DNA from: Prevotellaceae bacterium
GTDB lineage: Bacteria; Bacteroidota; Bacteroidia; Bacteroidales; UBA932
NCBI GenBank assembly: GCA_031255195.1
Contig: JAIRSZ010000002.1
Coordinates: forward strand, 1-54,852
Direction: 5' to 3'
DNA: 54,852 nt
Shown here: positions 35,891 through 44,094 of the stretch, one piece after another
Numbering within the stretch: the stretch's first letter is position 1
Layout: each line of letters opens with the position of its first letter
Notes under the pieces: model-generated
Database searches by the model: none
The model's input: the letters and a program-made list of their open reading frames with translations, nothing else
What the model was told of the DNA's origin: nothing
Program-made: the position numbers and the translations under genes

Positions 35891-36580
35891 CTAAAGCAGC
35901 TTCTTTGTGGACTTGATGGCAACAAAATCTTTCAGGTAGAAAGGCTCAAAGTACGCCACATCCTCAAAACGTTTTTCGACAAAAAGCTGCTCCGCCAGCC
36001 TCGCCATGCCGCTTGCCGATGCCTGCACCTCTACGAAAAAAGCGTTGGCGCTTTGCAGCGTCTGCCTGCACTTGTCCGTGCCGCTGCCGAAAAACACAAC
36101 ACGCCGCTCCTTAAGCTCCTCGGCAAAGCTGTCCCCGTCCACAACCTGCGCAGCAACCTCAGTCAGCTGCGCCCCCGTTGCGTCGAACAGGGCTGTGTAG
36201 ACCTCCATGCGTCGGGCGTCGAGCAGCGGGCGCAGCAGGTCGGTGGGGTGCACCTCCGGCTTTGCCGCCGCCAGCGCCGCCAGCGCGTGCAGGCTGCCTA
36301 CCGCCACGAGCGGCTTGCCCGCGCCGTAGCATAGCCCTTTGGCGACGCTTACGCCAATGCGCAGGCTGGTGTACGAGCCGGGGCCTTTGCTCACCGCCAC
36401 AGCGTCGAGCTGCTGCGGGGTGATGCCGGCTTCGCTCAGGACGGCGGCAACGAAAGGCGCTAACTGTCTGGCGTGGTCGCGCTCTGGAGCGCTCTCCCTG
36501 AGCGCAAGCGTCTCCCCGTTGCGCGTCAGCGCAACGGAGCACACCTCGGCGGAGCTCTCTATGCAAAGCAGCAGCGCCAT
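35891..36580 (-). CDS. tsaB: tRNA threonylcarbamoyladenosine biosynthesis protein TsaB
   Basis: LLLCIESSAEVCSVAL and GPGSYTSLRIG motifs. Confidence 0.85.
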   Translation of the reverse strand: MALLLCIESSAEVCSVALTRNGETLALRESAPERDHARQLAPFVAAVLSEAGITPQQLDAVAVSKGPGSYTSLRIGVSVAKGLCYGAGKPLVAVGSLHALAALAAAKPEVHPTDLLRPLLDARRMEVYTALFDATGAQLTEVAAQVVDGDSFAEELKERRVVFFGSGTDKCRQTLQSANAFFVEVQASASGMARLAEQLFVEKRFEDVAYFEPFYLKDFVAIKSTKKLL

Positions 36581-36583
36581 GCG

Positions 36584-37126
36584 CTACTTGATTTTTTTAA
36601 TTTCTTTGTCTACGCGCCTGTCCATCTCGTGGAACGATGCGTGGAGCTTGTCGAAATCGAGGTAGGGGAGCAGCGACGGCGCTAACCGCGAGAGCGGCTT
36701 GTACAGCTTGGATTTGTGGATTTGCTTGCTCGGCATGAAGTCGAACTCGCCGTTGATGCTGTCGATGATGAACAGCGCAACGCTAATGATAAGCGACATT
36801 TTGGCCAGCGAAAAGACAATCCCCAGCAGCCTGTTGAGCCACCCCAGCATTGCTATGTGCACTATCTTGTGCACCACGTGGGCTGCCAGGCGGGCAAGGA
36901 TTACCACGCCAATAAAGGTGAGCGTAAACGAGATGATGGAAACAACCTGCGTGCCTACGCCAAGCCCTGTAATCCATCCGGCAAGCATACCCGAAAACTT
37001 AAAGGCGAGGTACACACCCAGAAGCAGGGACAGCAGCGCCGCCACCTGCATGATAAAGCCGTGCTTAAAGCCGTGGTAAATGGCAATGCAAAAAAGCAGC
37101 ACAAAGGTAATGTCGAAAACGTTCAT
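36584..37126 (-). CDS. cvpA: CvpA family membrane protein
   Basis: 180 aa with four TM helices. MNVFDITFVLLFCIAIYHGFKHGFI... is typical of the CvpA N-terminus. Confidence 0.75.
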   Translation of the reverse strand: MNVFDITFVLLFCIAIYHGFKHGFIMQVAALLSLLLGVYLAFKFSGMLAGWITGLGVGTQVVSIISFTLTFIGVVILARLAAHVVHKIVHIAMLGWLNRLLGIVFSLAKMSLIISVALFIIDSINGEFDFMPSKQIHKSKLYKPLSRLAPSLLPYLDFDKLHASFHEMDRRVDKEIKKIK

Positions 37127-37552
37127 AAAGAACTTTAGTATTTAACCGTTAGTTTAACGTAAATGTAATCAGCAATTTGTCAATACGCCTACGGCTGCGC
37201 CGCAGGCTTTCGCTTACACAGCAAAAGAAAGCGTGCAAAATTAGTAATTTTTGGCGTGGCTTGCAACGTTTGCCGAAAGTTCCTCCACCTTTTTCGCCGT
37301 AAAAAAAACTTTTTTCATCTGTACGCGCTTGGAAAGCTGAGGTTTTTCACCTAATTTTGGCAGGTATATTGGTATATATTTTTTGCGAAAGCAATTTCTC
37401 AGGGAATATCACGCGCTTTAGCCGATGGATAGCTAAAAGACTTTGTACCTGCTCAATATAGAGAGTGGCATTTCTTTACAAAATTTTCCGATGTGGCAAT
37501 TTGCGCGTGGCATTACGTTGATTAAAGTTAGAAATAAAGTTAGGAATAAAGT

Positions 37553-39550
37553 ATGAATATGGAAAGTACGAAAACTCCTGCCATTGTAGCCAGCGACGCC
37601 GGACTGAAGCCCTACGAGAGCGTGATTTGCAGGCGCATTGCCAGGGCAAGGCAGGCCGAGCAGAGGCTCACGAGCGGCAGGCCGCTGAGCGAAATTGCCA
37701 ACAGCTACCTGTACTACGGCCTGCACAACACCGGACAAGCGTGGACGCTGCGCGAGTGGGCGCCAAACGCCCTGTACGTTTACCTCATTGGCGAGTTCAA
37801 CGGGTGGAAGCCCGATAGCCGCTGGGGATTCAAGAACATTGGTGGCGGACGCTGGGAGCTGGTGCTCCCGTCGGAGTCGCTACGACACGGCGACCTCTAC
37901 AAGCTGCTCGTTGTTTGGGACAATGGCAGCGGCGAGCGTATCCCCTCGCACTGCCGCCGCGTGGTGCAGGACGAAAGCACGCATATTTTTTCGGCGCAGG
38001 TGTGGCAGCCTCCGCAGCAGTACAGCTGGAAAAATGCGTCGCCCGAACGCGCGGAAAATCCGCTTATATACGAGGCGCACGTTGGCATGGCAACCGAAGA
38101 GTACCGCGCCGGTACTTACGTCGAATTTACAAAAAATGTGCTCCCGCGCATCGCCAAGTTGGGCTACAACGTTTTGCAGCTCATGGCCATTCAGGAGCAT
38201 CCCTACTACGGCTCGTTTGGCTATCAGGTGTCCAATTTTTACGCGCCCAGCTTCAGGTTTGGAACTCCTGAGGAGCTCAAGGCGCTGGTTGACGAGGCGC
38301 ACGGGCTGGGCATTGCCGTTATCATGGACATTGTTCACTCGCACGCCGTGAAGAACGACAACGAGGGGCTGAGCCACTTCGACGGCACTGAATACCAATA
38401 CTTCCACGCCGGTGCGCGCGGACGTCACCCCGTGTGGGATTCACGCTGCTTTGACTACGGAAAGGCTGAGGTCGTGAGCTTTCTCCTCTCCAACTGCAAG
38501 TATTGGATGGAGGAGTTTCGTTTCGATGGCTTTCGCTTCGACGGGGTTACCAGCATGATGTACCTGCACCACGGCGTGGGCGTTGACTTTGTGAGCTACG
38601 ACATGTACTACGGCGAGCAGTCGGACGAGGATGCCATTACCTACCTCACCTTAGCCACCAAGCTGGTGCACGAAATCAACCCCGCCGCGCTGTGCATTGC
38701 CGAAGACGTGAGCGGAATGCCGGGGCTGGCCGCGCCCGTCGGGGACGGCGGCATGGGGTTTGACTTTCGCATGAGCATGGGCATAGCCGACTTTTGGATA
38801 AAAACGCTCAAAACAAAAAAGGACGAGCAGTGGCACGTGGGCGATATGTTCTACGAGCTCACCAACAAGCGTACCGACGAAAAAACCATATCCTACGCCG
38901 AGTGCCACGACCAAGCTATGGTGGGCGATAAAACCATTGCCTTCTGGCTGCTCGACAAGGAGATGTACACCGGCATGAGCGTGTTTGAGACAAACATGCT
39001 TGTGGATAGGGGAGTTGCCCTGCACAAGCTGATTCGCTTTGTCACGCTGTCTACGGCGGGCAACGGCTACCTCAACTTTATGGGCAACGAGTTTGGCCAC
39101 CCAGAGTGGATAGATTTTCCGCGCGAGGGGAACGGCTGGAGCTACCACTACGCCCGTCGGCAGTGGCATCTTGCCGACGACGCTAACCTGCGATACCGGT
39201 TTTTGCAGGCGTGGGACAAGGCTGCCGTGACGCTTGCAAAGGAGGAGGAAATTTACGCCGAGCGACCATTTGCCATTGTGCAGAACAACGTCGATCAGGT
39301 GCTTGTCTTCAAGCGGGGCAGCGTGGTGTTCGCGTTCAACTTTAGCCCTACGAAATCCTTTACAGGGTATGGCTTTGAGATAGACGCCGGAAAGTACGAA
39401 ACCTTGCTGTGCAGCGACGGCAAAGCGTTTGGCGGGTTTGAGCGCGTAGACGAAAAAATACCGCACTTCACCTCCGTTGTGGGCGGAAAGAACATCCTCA
39501 AGATATACCTGCCCAGCAGGGTGGCGGTGGCGCTAAAAAAAATTGATTAG
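37553..39550 (+). CDS. glgB: 1,4-alpha-glucan branching enzyme (GH13)
   Basis: GH13 catalytic regions DIVHSHAVKN, GFRFDGVTSMMY, IAEDVSGMP and YAECHDQA. Confidence 0.9.
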   Translation: MNMESTKTPAIVASDAGLKPYESVICRRIARARQAEQRLTSGRPLSEIANSYLYYGLHNTGQAWTLREWAPNALYVYLIGEFNGWKPDSRWGFKNIGGGRWELVLPSESLRHGDLYKLLVVWDNGSGERIPSHCRRVVQDESTHIFSAQVWQPPQQYSWKNASPERAENPLIYEAHVGMATEEYRAGTYVEFTKNVLPRIAKLGYNVLQLMAIQEHPYYGSFGYQVSNFYAPSFRFGTPEELKALVDEAHGLGIAVIMDIVHSHAVKNDNEGLSHFDGTEYQYFHAGARGRHPVWDSRCFDYGKAEVVSFLLSNCKYWMEEFRFDGFRFDGVTSMMYLHHGVGVDFVSYDMYYGEQSDEDAITYLTLATKLVHEINPAALCIAEDVSGMPGLAAPVGDGGMGFDFRMSMGIADFWIKTLKTKKDEQWHVGDMFYELTNKRTDEKTISYAECHDQAMVGDKTIAFWLLDKEMYTGMSVFETNMLVDRGVALHKLIRFVTLSTAGNGYLNFMGNEFGHPEWIDFPREGNGWSYHYARRQWHLADDANLRYRFLQAWDKAAVTLAKEEEIYAERPFAIVQNNVDQVLVFKRGSVVFAFNFSPTKSFTGYGFEIDAGKYETLLCSDGKAFGGFERVDEKIPHFTSVVGGKNILKIYLPSRVAVALKKID

Positions 39551-39660
39551 CAAAGATTTGAAATTCAAAGATTCAAAAATTTCAAAATTCAGAGACTTCA
39601 AAGATTCAAAAATTCAGGATTCAAAAATCTAAAAATCCGGGAAATTAAAAATTCCTGATT
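39551..39660. repeat. degenerate about 8-nt periodic (R)ATTCAAA array downstream of glgB
   Basis: TTCAAA cores begin at 39564, 39572, 39581, 39597, 39605 and 39620, with a TTCAGG variant at 39613. Spacing is mostly 7-9 nt. Confidence 0.85.
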
Positions 39661-39666
39661 AATTCC

Positions 39667-39674
39667 TATATTTG
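39667..39674 (+). promoter_or_regulatory. -7 box TATATTTG upstream of the dehydrogenase gene
   Basis: TATATTTG (TAnnTTTG), 30 nt upstream of the ATG at 39704. Confidence 0.45.
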
Positions 39675-39703
39675 CAGCTTAACAAAAAAAACATTCATCA
39701 TAC

Positions 39704-40630
39704 ATGAAAGCATTATTGGCAACCGAAAAGCCTTTTGCCAAGGCAGCCGTTGACGGCATCCGAAAAATTTTTGAAGAGGCGGGCGTCGAAATGGCGCTGC
39801 TCGAAAAGTACGGCAGCGCCAACGAGCTGCTGTCTGCCGTTGCCGATGTCGACGCGCTGATTGTGCGCAGCGACAAGGTAACCAAAGAGGTGGTGGAGGC
39901 CGCCAAAAATCTGAAGGTGGTGGTACGCGCCGGCGCAGGGTACGACAACCTCGACTTGGCCGCCTGCACAGCCGGAAACATTGTGGCCATGAACACGCCC
40001 GGACAAAACTCAAACGCCGTGGCTGAGCTGGCGTTGGGAATGATGGTCTTCATGGCGCGCAACTCGTTCACCGCAGGAACAGGAAGCGAGCTGAAAGGCA
40101 AAAAAGCGGGCATACACGCCTACGGCAACGTTGGCCGCCTGGTGGCCAAGCTTGCGCTGGGATTCGGAATGGAGCCATACGCCTTTGACCCGTTTGTGAG
40201 CAGGGAGAGCATGGAGAAGGACGGCGTAAAGGTGGCGGCAACCGTCGAGGAGCTCTACAGCACGTGCCACTATGTTTCGCTGCACATTCCGGCTACGGAG
40301 CAAACAAAAAAGTCCATCGGCTACAGCTTGCTTTCGCTCATGCCCAAAGGCGGATGCCTCGTGAACACCGCCCGCAAGGAGGTCATACACGAGGAGGAGC
40401 TCGCAAAAGCGCTGGAGGAGCGGCCTGACCTGAAGTACATCACCGACATTGCCGCCGATACGCAGGCCGCGCTGAGCGCAAAGTTCGGTGCGCGCGTGTT
40501 TGCCACGCCCAAAAAGATGGGCGCCGAAACCGCCGAAGCCAACATCAACGCTGGCCTGGCCGCCGCCAGCCAAATTGTGGCGTTCTTCAAAACAGGCGAC
40601 AAAAAATTTCAGGTGAACAGGAAGGGCTAA
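39704..40630 (+). CDS. D-isomer-specific 2-hydroxyacid dehydrogenase (3-phosphoglycerate dehydrogenase-like)
   Basis: NAD-binding motif AGIHAYGNVGRLVA and ...LVNTARKEVIHEEEL... (catalytic Arg/Glu/His region). 308 aa, with no ACT domain. Confidence 0.75.
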   Translation: MKALLATEKPFAKAAVDGIRKIFEEAGVEMALLEKYGSANELLSAVADVDALIVRSDKVTKEVVEAAKNLKVVVRAGAGYDNLDLAACTAGNIVAMNTPGQNSNAVAELALGMMVFMARNSFTAGTGSELKGKKAGIHAYGNVGRLVAKLALGFGMEPYAFDPFVSRESMEKDGVKVAATVEELYSTCHYVSLHIPATEQTKKSIGYSLLSLMPKGGCLVNTARKEVIHEEELAKALEERPDLKYITDIAADTQAALSAKFGARVFATPKKMGAETAEANINAGLAAASQIVAFFKTGDKKFQVNRKG

Positions 40631-40637
40631 GAATTAC

Positions 40638-40695
40638 TGATTATGGATTATGAATTGTGGACTACGGACACGTCACATATCTTAATCCATAATCA
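40638..40695. repeat. perfect 13-bp inverted repeat between convergent genes (bidirectional terminator candidate)
   Basis: tgattatggatta (40638-40650) and taatccataatca (40683-40695). Confidence 0.8.
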
Positions 40696-40745
40696 TTAAT
40701 CCCATTAACCAGAGCAATTAACCGTTAGCCGTTGGCTGTTTGTGG

Positions 40746-42392
40746 TTAGCTTCTTCCCCTTCTTCCTCCTCTGTACTCCTTGCGGTCTTTGCGGTCGTTG
40801 CGATCTTTTTTTGAGATTTCGGCCAGCGGTTTGTCGCCTTTTCCGCGGAGGGCGTTGAGCGAGCGCAGGGCGTCCTCGGCGTCCTCAAAGGGGACGGTGG
40901 CAAACGAGAAGGCGTCCATCACCTTTACGTCGTCAATTTTGCTGTCGGTAAGCTTGGTGTGCTTCTTGAGGAAGACGACCAGCTCTTTTGGCGTCATGCC
41001 GTCGAGCTTTCCCAGCGAGATGAACAGCCTTGCCGTTCCGCGCTTATCGACGGAGAAAGTTCGGATTTCGGCGTAGTTCTTCACGTCGAGCTCGTTCTTA
41101 AACGCCAGGCGGATGATGGCGGCCAGCGACACCTCGTCGCCGTACTCGTTGATGATTTCCCGCGCCAGCGGCAGGTAGTCGCTGTAGGTGCTGAGATCTA
41201 TGATTTCGGCCAGGTCGTCCTTAATGCGGTTTTGCTTCACCGCCACCACGTCGGCGGCGTTGGGGAGCGTCTCCTTGCGGATTTGGGTTTTGATGACCCT
41301 CTGCATCTGCATTAGCTGGCGGTACTCGTTGGGCGAAATGAACGTGATGGCCGTGCCCTCCTTCCCCGCGCGCCCCGTGCGGCCAATGCGGTGCACGTAG
41401 GCGTCGAAGTCCTGCGGGAGCGAGTAGTTGATAACGTGCGTGAGGTCAACAATGTCGATGCCTCGCGCGGCTACGTCCGTAGCCACGAGGATGTTGATAA
41501 GCTTGTTGCGGAATCGCCACAGGATTTTTTCGCGCGCTATCTGCGTAAGGTCGCCGTGCAGCCCGTCGGCCTCGTAGCCGCGCTCGAGGAGCTTGCTCAC
41601 CACCTCGTCGGTGGTAACCTTTGTGCGGCAGAATACCAGCCCGTAGAACTCCGGCTCCACGTCGATTATTCGGGTTAGCGCGTCGAAGCGGTCGCCCTGC
41701 TTCACCTCGAAATAAATTTGGTCGGTGAGGTCGGTGGTAAGCTGCTTCGCCTCCACCTTGAGGATCTCCACGTCGCGCATGTACTTTTTCGACAGCTTGG
41801 CGATGTGGTCGGGTATGGTTGCCGAAAAGAGCATGACGCGGCGGTCGGGGGGCGTTTGCTTAAAGATTTCCTCAATGTCGTCGATAAATCCCATGTTGAG
41901 CATTTCGTCGGCCTCGTCGAGGATAAACCAGCGGATGCCGCTCAGGTTGAGGCTGCCGCGCGATATGTGGTCAATGATGCGGCCGGGCGTACCCACCACG
42001 ATGTCAACGCCCTTTTTCAGCCGGCGCAGCTGCTCGCTGATGGATGCGCCGCCGTAGATGGTGGCCACGCTTAGCGGCCGGTCGTTTCGGAACGAAATAA
42101 TCTCGTCGCTCACCTGTAGCGCCAGCTCGCGGGTAGGCGCCAGCACGAGCGCCTGTACCTTTCCGTTGGGCACGAGCTGGTCTATGATGGGCAGGCCAAA
42201 CGCGGCCGTTTTGCCCGTGCCGGTTTGCGCCTGCGCAATGATGTCCTTGCCTGTTTGCAGCAGCACGGGTATGGCCAGCCGCTGGATGGGGCTGGGGGTT
42301 TCAAATCCCTTAGCGCGAATGGCGTTGAGCGTGGACTCGCTCAACCCAAGGTCGCTAAAATCAAATGAGGATTCTGCTTGTTGGTTTTCCAT
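40746..42392 (-). CDS. deaD: DEAD-box ATP-dependent RNA helicase (DeaD/CsdA-like, C-terminal DbpA-type RNA-binding domain and RG-rich tail)
   Basis: AQAQTGTGKTAAF, DEAD (FILDEADEML), SAT and HRIGRTGRAG motifs. The start is taken at MENQQAESSFDF (ATG 42392) rather than the ORF-track start at 42527. Confidence 0.9.
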   Translation of the reverse strand: MENQQAESSFDFSDLGLSESTLNAIRAKGFETPSPIQRLAIPVLLQTGKDIIAQAQTGTGKTAAFGLPIIDQLVPNGKVQALVLAPTRELALQVSDEIISFRNDRPLSVATIYGGASISEQLRRLKKGVDIVVGTPGRIIDHISRGSLNLSGIRWFILDEADEMLNMGFIDDIEEIFKQTPPDRRVMLFSATIPDHIAKLSKKYMRDVEILKVEAKQLTTDLTDQIYFEVKQGDRFDALTRIIDVEPEFYGLVFCRTKVTTDEVVSKLLERGYEADGLHGDLTQIAREKILWRFRNKLINILVATDVAARGIDIVDLTHVINYSLPQDFDAYVHRIGRTGRAGKEGTAITFISPNEYRQLMQMQRVIKTQIRKETLPNAADVVAVKQNRIKDDLAEIIDLSTYSDYLPLAREIINEYGDEVSLAAIIRLAFKNELDVKNYAEIRTFSVDKRGTARLFISLGKLDGMTPKELVVFLKKHTKLTDSKIDDVKVMDAFSFATVPFEDAEDALRSLNALRGKGDKPLAEISKKDRNDRKDRKEYRGGRRGRS

Positions 42393-42490
42393 GTTGTTTT
42401 TTTTGCTATATAAAATAAGGGGGCGAAGATAGCATAAAATTTTGGATTTTGGATTATGATTTTTGAATAGCGATGCCGAACTCAAAGAAA

Positions 42491-42525
42491 GCATCCGCAT
42501 TGCCAAGAGGCAGCTATGCGGATGC
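42491..42525 (-). terminator. 10-bp perfect hairpin: hisS terminator or deaD 5' leader element
   Basis: gcatccgcat (42491-42500) and atgcggatgc (42516-42525). On the minus strand it is followed by tttctttgag. Confidence 0.4.
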
Positions 42526-42687
42526 AAAGGTGGAAAAAGTCTACTTGAGCAAAGTTGTATAGCGAACGGTGCGCAACGGTAGCATAGTCAGCTTCTATTC
42601 GCTCTTTTAGTGAAAAATTTGTTTTAGAATTGCGAAGTTAATGATTAATGTACCAAAGCAGCGTCAGCGAGGCGGGGGAATACCGCG

Positions 42688-44052
42688 CTAAAATTCAAAG
42701 CTCAGAATTTCTGTGGCGGGTAAAATTCGCTGCTCTCCCGTCCTCATGTTTTTCACGGAAACGCTCTGTCGGGCTACCTCATCTTCACCGATAACAATCA
42801 CGTAGGGGATGGAGCGTTTGTCGGCGTACTCAAGCTGCTTTTGGAGTTTTTTGCGGTCGGGGTAAACCTCGACGCTCACGCCGCTGCCGCGCAGCTGCGC
42901 GGCCAGCGGAATGGCGTACCGCTCCTCGCGCTCGCCAAGGTTGGCAAACATCACCTGCGTGCTCACCTGCGTGCTTTCGGGGAAAAGGTTGAGCTGTAGC
43001 ATTACGTCGTAAATGCGGTCGGCGCCAAAGGAAACTCCCACGCCGGAAACGTTGGGCAGGCCAAATATGCCGGTGAGGTTGTCGTAGCGTCCGCCGCCGG
43101 TGATGCTGCCTATCGCCGCGTCGTTGGCCTTTACCTCAAAGATAGCTCCGGTGTAGTAGCTCAGCCCTCGCGCCAGCGACAGGTCGAGCTCAACGGTGCA
43201 GGCCAGCGGCAGGTCTTGCAGGTAGCCAAAGATGGCGCGCAGCTCCTGTATACCGGCCATGCCCACCGCAGAGTCGGCCAGCAGGCTGCCCAGCGATTGC
43301 AGCTTTTCCTCCGGCGTTCCGCCCAGCAGGAGTACCGGCTCCAGCAGGGCTATCGCTTCGTTGGTGACGCCCTGCTCCCGCAGCTCCTGCTTGACCCTGT
43401 CCAAGCCCACCTTTTCGATTTTGTCAATGGCCACCGTTACCTCCACCAGCTTGTCGCCTGCGCCCATAAGGTCGGCTATGCCGCTCAGCACCTTGCGGTT
43501 GTTGATTTTTAGCGTTACCGCAATGCCCAACTTTTGGTAAACGGCGTCTACGATTTGCACCAGCTCCACCTCGTTGAGCAGCGAGGTAGAGCCTACTACG
43601 TCTACGTCGCACTGGTAAAATTCGCGGTATCGGCCTTTCTGAGGTCTGTCGGCGCGCCACACGGGCTGCATCTGGTAGCGGCGAAAGGGGAAGGATATTT
43701 CGCCCTGATGCTGCACCACGTAGCGGGCAAAGGGCACGGTGAGGTCGTAGCGCAACCCTTTTTCGCACACCTTTAGCGAAGCTGCGCCTGCACCGGACGA
43801 CAGGTCGTCGGGCGTAAGTTTGGCAAAGGCGTCGCCGGAGTTGAGAATTTTGAACAGGAGCTTGTCGCCCTCCTCGCCGTACTTGCCGAGCAGGGTCGAA
43901 AGGTTTTCTAAGGCAGGCGTTTCTATCTGCTGAAAACCAAATGTTTTAAAGACGCTTCGGATAGCGTCGAAAATGTAGGTGCGCCTCGCCGTCTCTACGG
44001 GCGAGAAGTCGCGAGTGCCGGAGGGGATGGATGGCTTCATAGCGGGTTTCAT
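42688..44052 (-). CDS. hisS: histidine--tRNA ligase
   Basis: PSGTRDFSP, class II motif 2 [27 protein letters not shown], and GGGRYDNL. Confidence 0.95.
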   Translation of the reverse strand: MKPAMKPSIPSGTRDFSPVETARRTYIFDAIRSVFKTFGFQQIETPALENLSTLLGKYGEEGDKLLFKILNSGDAFAKLTPDDLSSGAGAASLKVCEKGLRYDLTVPFARYVVQHQGEISFPFRRYQMQPVWRADRPQKGRYREFYQCDVDVVGSTSLLNEVELVQIVDAVYQKLGIAVTLKINNRKVLSGIADLMGAGDKLVEVTVAIDKIEKVGLDRVKQELREQGVTNEAIALLEPVLLLGGTPEEKLQSLGSLLADSAVGMAGIQELRAIFGYLQDLPLACTVELDLSLARGLSYYTGAIFEVKANDAAIGSITGGGRYDNLTGIFGLPNVSGVGVSFGADRIYDVMLQLNLFPESTQVSTQVMFANLGEREERYAIPLAAQLRGSGVSVEVYPDRKKLQKQLEYADKRSIPYVIVIGEDEVARQSVSVKNMRTGEQRILPATEILSFEF

Positions 44053-44094
44053 GTTAAAAAAATATAATAATAGTTTACTGATATTTCAATTTGC

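Noticed and set aside
37433-37738. 101-aa minus-strand ORF spanning the glgB start region.
   Set aside because: It overlaps the glgB 5' end on the opposite strand and has no motifs. The cvpA-glgB gap (37127-37552) otherwise shows no convincing gene or RNA that I can recognise.
39551-39660. The periodic repeat array, considered as a possible CRISPR array.
   Set aside because: The repeat unit is only about 8 nt and degenerate, there are no unique spacers of 25-40 nt, and no cas genes are nearby.
42393-42527. The 45-codon N-terminal extension of the DEAD-box helicase ORF (track start at 42527).
   Set aside because: The extension (MHPHSCLLAMRMLSLSSASLFKNHNPKSKILC...) overlaps the AT-rich word array and has no helicase homology. 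The conserved Q-motif region starts right after MENQQAESSFDF (ATG 42392).
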